A stretch of DNA of 64,000 nucleotides from the human T2T-CHM13v2.0 reference genome, Homo sapiens (GCF_009914755.1 NC_060931.1), one strand, 5' to 3'; counted from the stretch's first letter, positions 1 to 28,460 are shown. Program-made: numbers and translations. Notes: generated from the sequence alone by a model not told the origin.

Positions 1-1660
<1,660 letters not shown>

Positions 1661-1736
1661 ATTCAACATTTTTCTGATATCTTTGTTTTAGCTGTTGTGT
1701 TTTGCTGAATTAAAGCATCTGAATTTGGTAAGCATT

Positions 1737-2930
<1,194 letters not shown>

Positions 2931-3067
2931 ATATTCAATGTCAGTAACTCATCTTTCTGGGTTTGAGATACTGAAAGAGCAATGTCTGGCCTCATCCAAA
3001 CCCTGGTAGATTTATCACCCAAGAAATTTTGAATATCAAGACCCTACCCTCTTCCCTGAATAATGAC

Positions 3068-3190
3068 TGTGAAAGGAAAATAAATCTCAGGACCACCAAC
3101 TCACTAAGCCAAAAGCAAAAGTCAAGCTGGAAACTGGATCATGCAAACCTGCCTCTCCCATTTTATTCCTAAATAGATAGCTACAAAGAT
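3068..3190 (+). mobile_element. MER4-family LTR 5' fragment
   Basis: tgtgaaaggaaaataaatctcaggacc...aaaagtcaagctggaaactggatcatgcaaacctgcctc...gatagctacaaagat. Confidence 0.65.
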
Positions 3191-3369
3191 TTTTTTTTTT
3201 TTGAGATGGAGTCTCACTCTGTCACTCAGGTTAGAGTGCAGTGGCGCAATCTCTGCTCACTGCAAGCTCCGCCTCCTGGGTTCATACTTTGGGAGGCCAA
3301 GGCAGGCGGATCATGAGGTCAGGAGATCAAGACCATCCTGGCTAACACGGTGAAACCCCATCTCTACTA

Positions 3370-3687
<318 letters not shown>

Positions 3688-3823
3688 CTAATTTTTTTAT
3701 TTGTAGAGATGAATTCTCACTATGTTGCCCAGGCTGGTCTCAAACTCCTGGCCTCAAGCAATCTTCCTGCCTTGGCCTCCCACAGTGCTGGGATTTCAGA
3801 CAGGAGCCACCACGATGGCCACA

Positions 3824-4090
3824 TAGGCAAGATTCATTAAATCATTGGTCACTGGTGATCAACTCAACCTTCAGCTCCTCCCTATCTCTGGAAATATGGG
3901 GGCAGGGGGCTGAAAGTTCCAATCCCCTAATCATGAGGTTGGTTCCCCTGGCAACCAGGCCTCATTTTGAGGCTATTCACGAGGCCCCAGAGATCAGTCG
4001 TCTCATTAGCATCCACAAAGACACTTACCACTTTGCAGATTTCAAGGGTTTCAGGAGCTGTGCACCCAGGAAACAGGGACAGAGACCATA
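3824..4090. mobile_element. MER21-like LTR fragment
   Basis: gattcattaaatcattggtcactggtgatcaactcaaccttcagc...gggctgaaagttccaatcccctaatcatg. Confidence 0.55.
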
Positions 4091-4214
4091 TATGTGTGTT
4101 TGTGCATATATGTATATATGTTTGTGTGTGTGTATTCTTTTTGTGTGTTCTTCCTTCTTTTACACTGTAGTTTTCAGATCTTACAAATATATATTATTAT
4201 TTCATGTTTATATT

Positions 4215-5555
<1,341 letters not shown>

Positions 5556-6101
5556 ATATAAATGGAATCATAGAGGCCAGGCACGGTGGCTCACGCCTAT
5601 AATCCCAGCACTTTGGGAGGCCGAGGCGGGTGGATCACCTGAGATCAGGAGTTCAAGACCAGCCTAAACAACATGGCAAAACCTTTTCTCTACTAAAAAT
5701 ACAAAAAATTAGCTGGGCATGGTGGTCCCGCCTGTAATACCAGCTACTTGGGAGGCTGAGGCAGAAAGAATTGCTTGAACCCGGGAGGCGGAGGTTGTAA
5801 TGTGCCAAGATCATGCCAGTGCACTCCAGCCTAGGCAACAGAGTGTGACTCCACCTCAAAACTAAATAAATAAATAAACAAATGAAATCATATAATGTGT
5901 GATTATTTGCCTCTTAATGTTTTAAAATCAAACATTTACACTGTAATTCTGCTTTGTACCAAAATTCATCAGAAACAATTTTCTTAGCACTGTGATTTTA
6001 TTTTCAAAATTAGCTGAACATTATAGCAAAGCTAAGTTACAATTTTCTCCTGCCTTCCCTGAAGAAAAGCCCTGAGGGATTTTGTTTTATTTTGTTTTTA
6101 G

Positions 6102-6260
<159 letters not shown>

Positions 6261-6654
6261 TAGTTGGGATTACAGGCATGCGCCACCACACCTGGCTAAC
6301 TTTTGTATTTTTAGTAGAGATGGGGTTTCACCATCTTGGCCAGGCTGGTCTGGAATATCTGACCTCATGATCCACCCACCTCGGCCTCCCAAAGTACTGG
6401 AATTACAAGCGTGAGCCACTGCGCCAAATGTTGCCATCTCTTTTCCATTAGTGGAAGCATGTCTGTTGCACTGGGACAGGAATTAAAAGAAATTAAAGAA
6501 TGTGTAAGCAGAAACTCAGTTGTATGTGAGAAAACCCAATTCCCCCTTAGAAAGAAAGAGCTGGAGTCCTTTAAAAATTAACTGGCTGCTTTTCTGTGGC
6601 TAGTGAGCCTTATCACTCCTCCTTTCCCAGGTTTTGTGAAGACCCTGTTTCTCT

Positions 6655-9543
<2,889 letters not shown>

Positions 9544-10174
9544 CTATGCTGCTGCAAGGTCACTAGACAGATAACCTCAAGTCATAAAACATGTTTTTCC
9601 TTGAAAAGTAAGAAAGTATGTAATGCATGTCTCAGTTAATTAAATAACTGTCTTTGTTTCTCTCTTCTGTAATATGCTTCCCCCTGCACAGATCTCCCCC
9701 GACCCCATGAAATGCTTTTTTTTTTTTTCTGAGACAGAGTCTCACTCTGTCCCCTATGCTGGAGTGCAGTGGCGTGATCTTGGCTCACTGCAACCTCCAC
9801 CTCCTGGGTTCAAGCAATTCACTGCCTCAGCCTCCCAAGTAGATGGGATTACAGGTGCCCACCACCATGCCCGGCTAATTTTTGTATTTCTAGTAGAGAT
9901 AGGGTTTCACCATCTTGGCCAGGCTTGTCTTGAACTCCTGACCTCAGGTGATCCACCTGCCTTGGCCTCCCAAAGTGCTGGGATTACAGGCATGAGCCAC
10001 TGCACCGCACCCATGAAATGCTTAAAAGGCAACTTAACTCTTTATTCGGGGCTCAATCCTTTGGATGTTAAGCCGACTGGGCCGGTGCACCAAAATAATA
10101 AATATCCTCCTCAATCCAGTCGGTCTCTCTGATTCCTTATCAATCCTACCACATTTCCTTATAAAAAATATACT

Positions 10175-14900
<4,726 letters not shown>

Positions 14901-15299
14901 ATAGCAATGTAAACATATTATTTAGAAATGTGGAGCTAAATAACAGTGAAAACAGTTAACAGACATCAAAGTGGATGCCTCTGGGATGAGAACTGACTTG
15001 GGGAGGGCTGGAGGAGGGAACATCTCTGTATTAGAAGGCTTTGATGTTATTTTATTTTGAAACCTTATGCATGTATAACTTTGATAATATATTCATTTGT
15101 GGATTGCCACATTGTTTTCGAGGAAAATACCCATGTGTTCTTACATGAATAATCAGGCATAGACCAGTGCTTTGAATATATAAAAATTCTGTTTAGCCAT
15201 GATAATTTTGGCAGTATGCCATTTATTTCTGTTGCCAAAGGCAGTGATTTAAATTGGAATTCCTGCCTGGGATGAGTAGGGCTAAGAGGTTTGATTACA

Positions 15300-16135
15300 T
15301 ATAGTTTCCCCATCTGTACTCTGGCCTCCAGCAGTTTGTTCTTTATGCAGCAGCGAAGAGTGATCATAAATAAGCTTATCTCACTCTCCAGTTTGAAAGC
15401 TACTAAACGTCTTTCATAGCAATTAGAATAAAATTCAAACTCTTCGGCATGGCCTACACACAAGGCCCTAAATAATGTAAATGATTGGACTCGCTCCCAG
15501 TTCTCCTGTCACTCTCCTCAATCACCATGCCCCAGCCTCAGTGGCCTTCCTTGGCACACCCACAGCTCATTCCTACCTCAAGGCCTTTGACTTGCCATTG
15601 CTCATGAGACCGATTGCTTACCATCACTCAGGATCTCATTCAAAACTTCATTCCTGGAAAAGGTCCTTCCTGATCATCAAGCTAGAGGAGCTTGCTGCAC
15701 CCCTTCTCTGCCCACAGCTATGGATCTCCAAGTGTGGGCTTCAGACCAGAAGCGTCAGTGTTGCCTGCAAGCATTTCATTTTGTGTTGTGTTTTCTCTGG
15801 AAATGCAGAGTCTTAGGCCCCACCACAGACCCACTGAAGGAAAAGCTGCATTTTAACCAGACCCCAAAGTGATTGTGCTTTAAAAATTTCAGAAGCACTG
15901 ATCTAGAGTTTCCCCTTCTAATTTTCCTGTGTATCTGTTACAAGGTGTGTCCATTGCTGCAGGTAATCTGGAATGTGTTTACATGTTTATTGTTTCTCTT
16001 CCCTAAATAGAATTTAAGGTCCACAAGGGCAGCACCTTGTCTGGCTCGTTCACTTCTGGATCCCCGGCACGTAGCGTCAGTGCACACAGTACATGCTCAA
16101 TAAGTATTTAGATGAGTGAAAGAATAAATGAATAT
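15300..16135 (+). mobile_element. L2 fragments with embedded MER5A (~15715-15905)
   Basis: L2 3' end (catgctcaataagtatttagatgagtgaaagaataaatgaa). MER5A-type gaaatgcagagtcttaggcccc...tgcattttaaccagaccccaaagtgatt. Confidence 0.55.
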
Positions 16136-17110
16136 AATGGAAATTATTTTATGTTCTTTGAAATGTATAACTGAAGGCTGGGTGTCATAGCTCGGCCTGT
16201 AATCCCAGCACTTTGGGAGGTCAAGGTGGGGGGATTGCTTGAGTCCAGTATTTCGAGACCAGTCTTGGCACATGGGAAAGCCCCAACTCTACAAAAAATA
16301 CAAAAAAAAAAGGATTGTATAATTGTACAATAAAATTTCATGGCGGCTGGGCGCGGTGGTTCACGCCTGTAATCCTAGCACTTTGGGAGGCCAAGTTGGG
16401 CAGATCACAAGGTCAGGAGATTGAGACCATCCTGGCTAACATGGTGAAACCCTGTCTCTACTAAAAAAAATACAAAAAATTAGCCGGGCGTGGTGGTGGG
16501 TGCCTGTAGTCCCAGCTACTCTGGAGACTGAGGCAGGAGAATGGCATGAACCCGGGAGGCGGAGCTTGCAGTGAGCTGAGACCGTCCACTGCACTCTAGC
16601 CTGGGTGACAGAGCGAGACTCCGTCTCAAAAAAAAAAAAAATCTTCATGGCTTTCACTTGTTTGTAAAATCGGGGTGATTTTTCTCTCCCAACATCACTG
16701 TTACACAGGGGTTTCATTCTGTATCTTGGGCATCGAGTGCCATTAAACTATTGTGGTCCGTGGAGAATCACTTATTTATCCTTGTTTTGGGGCAGTTTGT
16801 CTTCAGAACCAAAGTTTAGATTTTGTTTAGAGTGTTTCTCTACTGACTTAACACCATAACTGGTTATTTATTTTTTAGCATTTAAGAAGCACTCTCGTTC
16901 AAGCCAGAGTTAACATTATCTTTAAAGGTTTTGTTATTCACAATGAATGTTAGCTTGTTATTTGTATCAAGTTTTATCAAATCAGTATTAACAATTTAAA
17001 AAAGAAAATCAGGTTTTAAAAATATTAAGTCATATCCAAGATTTAAAGTTAAATTGCAAATAAAAACTGATAGGGCATATAATGTATCCGGTTTTTTACT
17101 TCTGAGATAG

Positions 17111-17372
<262 letters not shown>

Positions 17373-17564
17373 TGACCACGTGATCTGCTCACCTCGGCCT
17401 CCCAAGGTGCTGGGATTACAGGAGTGAGCCACGGGCCCAGTCCTACATTTAAAAAATACATTCCCAGTATATTTCTTAATGCATATCCTGGTGAAATTTG
17501 TGAAGAAACAACTTTTCAATCTATATTCTTTGAGTGAATAAATAGCACCCCTTACATCTATGGC

Positions 17565-17768
17565 TTTTAACTGGTGGCAGTTGTTTCCCAGTGGACGTTT
17601 GGCAATGGCTGTGACTGCATTTTTGGTAGTCACACCTGGGGTGGAGGAGTACTGGCAGCATCTAGTTGGGGGAGCCCCGGGGTACTGTTATGTAATGCAC
17701 AGAACACCCCACAGCACAAAGAATTATCTAGCCCAAAATGTCAGTAGTCCACTGTTAAGAGACAGTGG
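17565..17768 (+). mobile_element. MER20 DNA transposon fossil
   Basis: ggacgtttggcaatggctgtgactgcatttttggtagtcac...cagcacaaagaattatctagcccaaaatgtcagtagt. Confidence 0.7.
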
Positions 17769-18120
17769 ACAACTGTCTCCTTCTGCATAGAGAAGTCTCC
17801 TTCTGCAAATACTAATGCCATTGGAAAACGAATACTTTGCCCTACCTTCTGGAGAAGAGAATATATAGAAATTGGCAACTGAGAGATTCAGATGGGTATA
17901 CTGGCACCTTTAGATATGTTCATTTTAGATGATTATTTCTAATCAGAAATCTAGTGACTGGCCTCCCTCTCTTTGGGGCAAATCACTCTCTCAACACAGG
18001 ACATTTAAGACATTTCACAACTTAGTTGATTTTAGAATTGGATAACGTTCTCAAATAATGATACATTTTTTAAAATAGGGAAATTCAAATATAGGGTTAC
18101 TGGTTTTCCTTATTTTACAG

Positions 18121-18230
18121 ATGGGGTCGAGGATTTGGTCTTTTGGGTTCCATTTTTGGAAAGGATGGTGTATTAAACCAGCCAAACAGTGTCTTTGGAC
18201 TTATATTTTATATACTACAGTTATTACTTG
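18121..18230 (+). pseudogene. VKORC1L1 (exon copy): Isolated copy of VKORC1L1 exon 2 (110 nt)
   Basis: ttttccttattttacag|A TGG GGT CGA GGA TTT...TTA TTA CTT G|gtaagt = [36 protein letters not shown], identical to the recalled VKORC1L1 protein. The exon-3 ORF (MTASAVAALIL..., >60 aa) is absent from the ORF track, and exon 1 is not seen. Confidence 0.88.
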
Positions 18231-18606
18231 GTAAGTATTTATCAATACAAAAATAAGTTTGTTATATTCCGTTTAGTACTTTGTGTCTTTGCCCTGAAGT
18301 GTCTTGATGTTAAATAAAAGCATGTGTTATTTATAGAACCACTAGCGTGTACAACATTTTTGTGTTTTGAAAACTTGATTCACCAATATTTTTATTATAT
18401 TAATGTTGACTTTATGTCAATTACTGTTTAATCATGGAGAGCAGTATCTCATGATGTCCAGAAAAACCAGTCCCATTCCAGGAAATTATCACTCCCATCT
18501 TCCCTGTAAACATTTTTCCTTATTTTATAGACTCTGTAGCCTTGAAAAATATCATATATTAAGGGGACATTAACAAGAAACCATATTCATAATCCCATCA
18601 CCTTTA

Positions 18607-19769
<1,163 letters not shown>

Positions 19770-21897
19770 TATCCCCCTTTTCTTTTTGACAAAACCGCCA
19801 TAGTCATTATGGCCTGTTTTTGTTGGTCGTTGTCTTTTTGGAGCTGTTAGATACACCTGTAAACTAACAACAGACAGAACAGGCATGCAAGGATTAATAC
19901 AAATTTACAATAGTGGAACTTTTGATAGTTTTAACCCAAGTGACGAGGTTAAGATTTGTGAGGCCATCAACAGCTTTTACAATTGTCTTAGTTTTTGGTA
20001 CCAAATTTAAATGGGCTTTTGATGCCTTAAAAATTTGGTTTTTTAATTTTGAAATATTTAAAGTAAGATTATTTTTTCTGTTTTGTAGATGGCGTTTAAC
20101 CATGTCCCATTGATGTTCAGAGTCATTATAGGCTCGGGGTGTAATACAAAAATCTGACGTATTTCAGTCACACTGTAACTGAAAAAGATATTTCAAGCTC
20201 ATGGAGCCTATCTCTCATTTAAATGACAGTTTGTCTAAGATTATTAATTTGGTTTGCCAATTTTGGATCTATTTGGGTCTGAGAATTGCACAATTTTGAG
20301 GAATTCTTTTGCCAATTATTTACATATTTAGCAGTTTGAATAGAAGAGTGTAAAGCAATTCCAGCAGCCGCAGCAGTAGCTGTGACTGCAATAAGACCCA
20401 TAATCACATAATTAAAGTAAAAATGAATCTTTTGGATCTAGTTAGAACTTTTTTTAATACTTTTGTTAAAATACGGACAGATGGGGAAGACTCTCATGGT
20501 CGGTCTATGGACACAGGGATCCACATGCCCTCTCTTGCCCTCACTAGCAGAATATGGTGCTGCCAATTAAAAGTTGAATCAATGCAAGTAAACAATCTAC
20601 AATTTTCACAGGTTATAGTTTGGGAATCTGGTTTAATAACTGTGTTTTTTACAACTAGTATATAAGGGGGTTTTACACAACTTTGTAAAGGAATTGTTAA
20701 ATTGGAATTTAGGTTGATAGTATAATATGGCTTACGACTTTTTGGTTTTATAGCTTGATTTCCAGACCAAATTTTAACGTGGTGCAAAGCCACAGTAAGT
20801 TTTTATAATTTTGGATGTTTAGGACTAGTAACAGGACGAACTAACTTTGGTTGAGGTGATGAAATTCTCTTTTTACCCCATTTTTATGGATAGGGTGATT
20901 TAAACCTTTATAAAACCTGGTCTTGCCTTTTAGTTAAATCACTAATAGAGGCTGGATGAATGGGCCAGATGGATGGGGCCTGTGAACATGAGTGAGTCTG
21001 GCCTGTACAATTATAATATAATTGGCCTCGAGGGGCCCAGTTTATAATAGTTTCCAATTTATTGTTTTGTAATACCACAGCAGTATCAGTCACACATTTT
21101 TTCCAAACTAAGACTTTTGGGCCTTTTGATTTTTTGGGAATTTCTTGGGGCAAGGCTTCCCCTTACGCCTAAATTTTAATGATCTTTGATAAGAAGAGTC
21201 CTGTAAATTATTTATCTGTGGCTCCAGTGACATTTCACTTACCATGTGATAAGTAAATCTACTGGTGGCACTGACAGTAGGTACTTCTACCCACCAAATT
21301 TGGGTTGTAGGCGTTAAGCATCCTGGTGCCTTTTCTAGGCAAATAGGGGGATAATAATACCCAATGGAAATATTTATTATTATTTCTTTTTTTTTTTTTG
21401 ATTGGGCACGGCAACGATCATCTGTGGGGCCTGGTACCCACGCACTATTATTAACATATTCTTTAATAGGATTATTTATCCATGTGACTGCCCAAATTAA
21501 GGACAGGAAAGGCACATAGGCCCAGTAAGTATAATTAGCTGCAGCTGTTTCTGCAGACATGAGGAGACTTACCACCGTTGATACAATTATCAAAGCTGTA
21601 ACCAGTATATTTTCTAGAGTTTGTATTACCCTTGTTTTTTTAGGCTTTTTTTAGCTAACTGTGTCAGCTTCTTTAGTGGACCCCAGGTCGGCAGCTCCGC
21701 TTTTTTGGTGGATGACAGCTTTATCTGTTTTTTTGATATTACCATTTTGTTTACTTGGGGAGTCGATGATGCTTGATTGTGGGTTTTTTGTTTTTGCAGA
21801 GGCGCTTTTTTTGCATCTTCGATGGGTTTATTGTAGAACTTTAAATGTCTAGTGGGTATTCAAACAGGAAGCTGATTTTTTTCTGGTGAAACACAAG
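19770..21897 (-). mobile_element. HERV-K(HML-2) type-2 internal remnant: integrase C-terminus + disrupted, hypermutated env/rec
   Basis: ORF fragments match HML-2 Env: [51 protein letters not shown]. The rec exon region and the donor GGTG|GTAAGT (21572) are present. Multiple stops and frameshifts; gag/pro/most of pol and the 5' LTR are missing. Confidence 0.93.
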
Positions 21898-22479
21898 TAG
21901 TCCCAACTACGGAAGGCAGAGGACAAGGGGGGTGAGGCAGGAGGATCACTTTAGCCTAGGAGTTGGTGGCTGAAGTGAGCTATGATCGCACCACTGCACT
22001 CCAGATTGGGTGACAGAGCCACATCCTATCTCTAAAACTAAAAAATTAAAACATACAAAATCATCTTGTTTGGTCATCTCTTAGAAATGGATGAATTCCT
22101 TTTTGAGATGAAGATTTAATGTTTCCCAGATTTCACCTATTATCTTAGTAAACAAAACGGGGACTTAAAGAGGCAGGAGTTAATACACAGAAATACAGGT
22201 ACAGTGCCTCTGCCCTGAAAGCACTTAACCCAGCTGGAGAAAAAAGACAAATACATGCAAATTTTCACAACAAAAGATCTGAGTGACAGATATAGTGATC
22301 ATCTGCCTCAAAGAAAGACACAGCTCATTGCTGAAAGGGTGGCCGAACAGTGTGGACCCTGAAAGACTACAGAACTTCAGAGGAGATCAAATGACTGCAG
22401 TGACCACCCCTGTGCAGGCGACAACTTCTACATTTCTCTCTCAATTTGACCCTGGAGCTGCAGATCCATCTTTCCAATC

Positions 22480-22800
22480 AGCTCAGTAAGTATTTACTGC
22501 GTTAAAGAGCTTCTGGAGTGAAAACATGAAGAAGCCATGACTCCTGCAGCCATGTGTTGGGGGAAGCAGAACACTTACCCACTCTCCCTGAGCCTCAATT
22601 TCCTCATCTGTGAAATAGGAATGATAACAGTACTTACTATCTTATGAGAGGATTAAGAGGGATGAAAATCTTCCCAGAGGCTGCAGCTACCATTTATTGC
22701 TTGCTTTCCATGTGCAAGTACATTGAATCCTCAGATTTCACTGACACTGAGATAGCAAATAACTTGTCCACAGTTGCAAAGCTAGTAAATGGCGGAAAAG
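22480..22800. mobile_element. MIR fragments
   Basis: ctgagcctcaatttcctcatctgtgaaataggaatgataacagtac MIR core. Confidence 0.65.
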
Positions 22801-23586
22801 CTCCTGTTCTTGGCCATCTGCTTCTACTGTACATGTGATAATGGATCGAAAGTGTCATAATGCCATCTGTCCCACGATAGTTTCTCCATAAATGGCAGTC
22901 ATTATTAGGGCAGTTCTAGTCAATTTCTACTGCTTGTAGAATGTTTACTCCCCCAAATGTTTACTCTAGACTCAAGAAAGGAGACTCCACAGAGATGACC
23001 CTTGCACTAGACCCTGAAGGCTTTTCAACACAAAAGGGATGGAAGGGACAGACAGCCAGGGCAGGAACAACACAAAGACATGCCCAGAGGAAAGAAAGCT
23101 CCCGGAGTTTCAGGAAACAGCTAGAGAGGGGTAGGACATGGGGTGAAAAAGTCATCTGGGACAAGATCGAAAGGGCCCTGACTATCAAGAGGCTGGGTGT
23201 GACTTGGTCAATATAGGAGAACAACCAAGGAAGAGGGGCATGTTCTGGCTGGTGCTGGCAGCGATTCTGGAAGACCCAAGAAAATGGAGGCAGACAGTGA
23301 GGAACGCACTGTAACACCCTCTGGGTGAGCAAGAGTAAGGTTATGAAGTTGGCCAGCAGCGGCAGGCATGCCAGTAAGTGTCTAAACAGGTGAAATGCTT
23401 CCCGTTACCCTCAGGTAAAGTCAACAGGACCTGTGTAGATTGTGTCGGGGGAGGAGGAGTGAAGGAACAGATAGTTAAGGTTAGGTTGTTTAGAAAAAAA
23501 TACATTATTTAGGCCGGGCACGGTGGCTTACACCTGTAATGCTAGCACTTTGGGAGGAGGTCAGGAGATCGAGACTATCCTGGCTA

Positions 23587-23841
<255 letters not shown>

Positions 23842-24232
23842 TCAAAAGTGTGTCTTAAAAAAAAAAAGCGTGTCTAGTTTGAGGCCTAATTTGGTCTAGA
23901 ACTAAAGAAAAAAACCAGCACTAGATTTAATTGCAAGGAGTTATATGAAACTGTGGAGTGGATATTATGCTCCAAAAACCAACTGTGGAGTGAGTGAAGA
24001 CCAGGACAGAACACCATAAAGTGCCTCCATTTAAGAGGCCAGGAGAAGCCAGGCCTCCCCTGGGATTATAGGCACATGCCACCATGCCCAGCCAATTTTT
24101 ATATTTTTTTAGTAGAGACGGGGTTTCACCATGTTGGCCAGAATGGTCTCGATCTCCTGACCTCGTGATCCACCTGCCATGGCCTCCCAAAGTGCTGGGG
24201 TTACAGGCATGAGCCACCGCGCCCGGGGTTAA

Positions 24233-24415
<183 letters not shown>

Positions 24416-24964
24416 TAGTAGAGACAGGGTTTCACCGTGTTAGCCAGGATGGTCTTGCTCTCCTGACATTGTGATCCACCCACCTTGGCCTCCCAAAGTG
24501 CTGGGATTACAGGCGTGAGCCACCGCACCCGGCCACCTCTTTCATTGTCTCTACTTTCTCCCCTTGCTTCTCAACTCCCTGCACCCTAGCTCTTGCCCAA
24601 GCGATCACCAAAAGTGTTCTTCCTTCAAGGGCCTGGTGCCTCCACATGGACAAATCCAGCGGTTGCTCGTCGGTCCTACTCCATCTGACACTGCTGATCA
24701 TTCCCTCCTTAAAACTGCCTGCCCTCGGGGCTTCCATGACATCTTCTCTTTCAATTCTTTTCTGATATTTCCGACTCTCCCTTCTTCATCTCCTTCTGGA
24801 TTTTCTCTTCTCCCACGAGGCTCTGGCACTCTCATGATGTTGTCTTTCATCCTCTGACCCTCCTACTGACGTCCTCACCCAGGCCTCACAATGTCAGCTA
24901 CCACTACAAGCTATAACCAAGAAGTCCATGCTTTCTGGAGACAGAGAGAGGAGAAGGACCAGAG

Positions 24965-25612
<648 letters not shown>

Positions 25613-26254
25613 AGCCATGTCCTCATGCCATGTGACCTGAGCTTCACACATTTGTGGCCGACTGCCTGCTAGATTTCTCCACCTTGACATCTCTGACATG
25701 CCATGAACTTAACACGCCCCAGAGTGACCCTACAGCCTTCCCAACAAACCAGCTCTTCCCATTGTACTTCTCTTCTCGGTGAAGTGCCAGGCACCCAGGC
25801 CAGAAATCTGAGGGTCCTCCTTGACTCCTCCTTCACCCACTGCACATATTCAGTCACCAAGTATCAATGATTACACTTCTTTCAGGACATCTAGGCTAGG
25901 CGTGGTGACTCATGCCTGTAATCCCAGCACTTTGGGAGGCAGAGGCAGGCGGATCATTTGAGGTCAGGAATTTGAGACCAGCCTGGCCAACATGGTGAAA
26001 CCCTGTCTCCACTAAAAATATAAAAATTAGCCGGGCATAGTGGTGGGCGCCTGTAGTCCTAGCTACTCGGAAGGCTAAAGCAAGAGAATCTTTTGAACGC
26101 GGGAAGAGGAGATTGCAGCGAGCGAGATCGCGCCACTGCACTCCAGCTTGGGCAACAGAGCAAGACTCCAACTCAAAAAAAAAAAAAAAAATGCTGGGCT
26201 TGGTGGCTCACGCCTGTAATCCCAGCACTTTGGGAGGCCAAGGCGGGCGGATCA

Positions 26255-26572
<318 letters not shown>

Positions 26573-27671
26573 TCATCTTCAGTGGGCTGCCACTTTTTCA
26601 ATCTATCTGCACTCATACAAATAAAGTCTCTTTTAAAAGACAGAAACATAGTCATCTCATTATCCTGCTTGTAATCCTCCCACTGTCCTCACAGGTTGTA
26701 GTCTGAACTTGAATTTCCTTAGTTCAGCCCCCAGAACCCTCTGAAATCTGGTCTTTGTCAGTCTCTATAGCTTTGTATGGCCCTACTTTGCACTCATATC
26801 CCAATTGACCCAAACTGCAAACACCCTACAGAAAAGCACGAGGCTACTTCCTGATCTCAGGCCCTACTTGGCACATGGTGTTTGCTGACACTTCAGTGTC
26901 TCTCCACCGTGTCCCTACCATAGCACCTCCACTGTGTTCATCTTTGTGTCCCCAACAACCAAGACAAAGCTGCCATGAGGTAAACGTAATCTGAAGCATA
27001 CATGAGAGAAAGAGCTAGGGAAGCCCCGACTTGCAAAAGTTCATGGGAGAGAAAGGGGAAAACTCTGGGGAGATACGGGGCAGGACTCCACTCTCTGAAA
27101 GCAGCCAGGGTACCCGACTGCAGACACCAGGAAACCTACAACTCATCCGTCGACTCTGAGCTTTGCTGGTCCCAGAGGAACATATTCCAAATACGTTGTC
27201 AACTCCCAAGAATAATCTGTGCCCAGAAGAGTCCTTTTTAGGGATGCAAAGTTATTTATGACCCTATCTAAGCTGGGTCTTGAAGGCAAGTCCTCTTGCT
27301 ATATTCCCGGCAGACCTAATCCCAACCCTAACACAGAGCTGTATACTTTAGGGAGGAGATGTCAGTATGAGAGCTGGGGCTACAAGCCAGGCTGCAGTTC
27401 TTTGGGAACTAGGTGCCTGAAGCAAAAACTAAAATGATTAAAGAGCCAAATGCTTCAGAGGAAGTAACATGCTGTAGAAAAAAATGACACAGAGCCAGGT
27501 GCGCGGTGGCTCACGTCTGTAATCCCAGCACTTTGGGAGGCCAAGGCGGGTGGATTCTTTGAGGTCAGGAGTTCAGGACTAGCCTGTCCAACATGGTGAA
27601 ACTCCATTTCTACTAAAAAAAAAAAAAATTAGCCGGGCATGATGGCAGGCGCATGTAATCCCAGCTACTCA

Positions 27672-27839
<168 letters not shown>

Positions 27840-28460
27840 CTACTGCTTTGCTGAATAAGGTTATAAAGTCAAACAAAACATGGTTCCTACCCTACCCGCA
27901 AGGTCTCTCTGGTAGTGGAGGTATTTAAGCAAGTTAATAGAGCCCCAGCTTGTACTAACAGAATCAGACCCATTAAGGGCTGTTATCTTGAATCTCCTCT
28001 CCCTGAGAGAATGGCAGAGAAAAATTCTGTTGTGAATATTCAAACACCAGGATTAAAGACGCTTCAGGAGTTCCTGTTGTAAGTGTAATGTCTTAAGCTG
28101 CAACTAGCACACAATGGTCCAGGTCTTGATGGCTTTGGTCAAGCAGCTCCCTGGGTCACGGGACACTGAGGCTGTTTGAACTGCAAGGGCTGCAAGTTCC
28201 CAGAGAAGGAGCCAGGCCCAGCCACAGTGAAGAAGCCTGCCTCTCCCTCTACTGGCTGTTGGACAACAACACTGCCTGTAGCGTTTGCTCTTGGCAGTCA
28301 TGGAACCAAGTAATTAATGAAAGGGTTGAGGTTAAAAGGTTTAGAAAGCCTTTTAAAAAGATTTTTGGCCAGGCGTGGTGGCTCACCCCTGTAATCCCAG
28401 CACTTTGGGAGGCTGAGGCAGGCGGATCATGAGGTCAGGAGATCGAGACCATCCTGGCTA

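Noticed and set aside
18121-18230. Functional VKORC1L1 gene
   Set aside because: No exon 3 ORF downstream in 45 kb of window and no exon 1; treated as a duplicated fragment.
19894-21593. Intact HERV-K Env or Rec
   Set aside because: Start codon lost, multiple stops and frameshifts.
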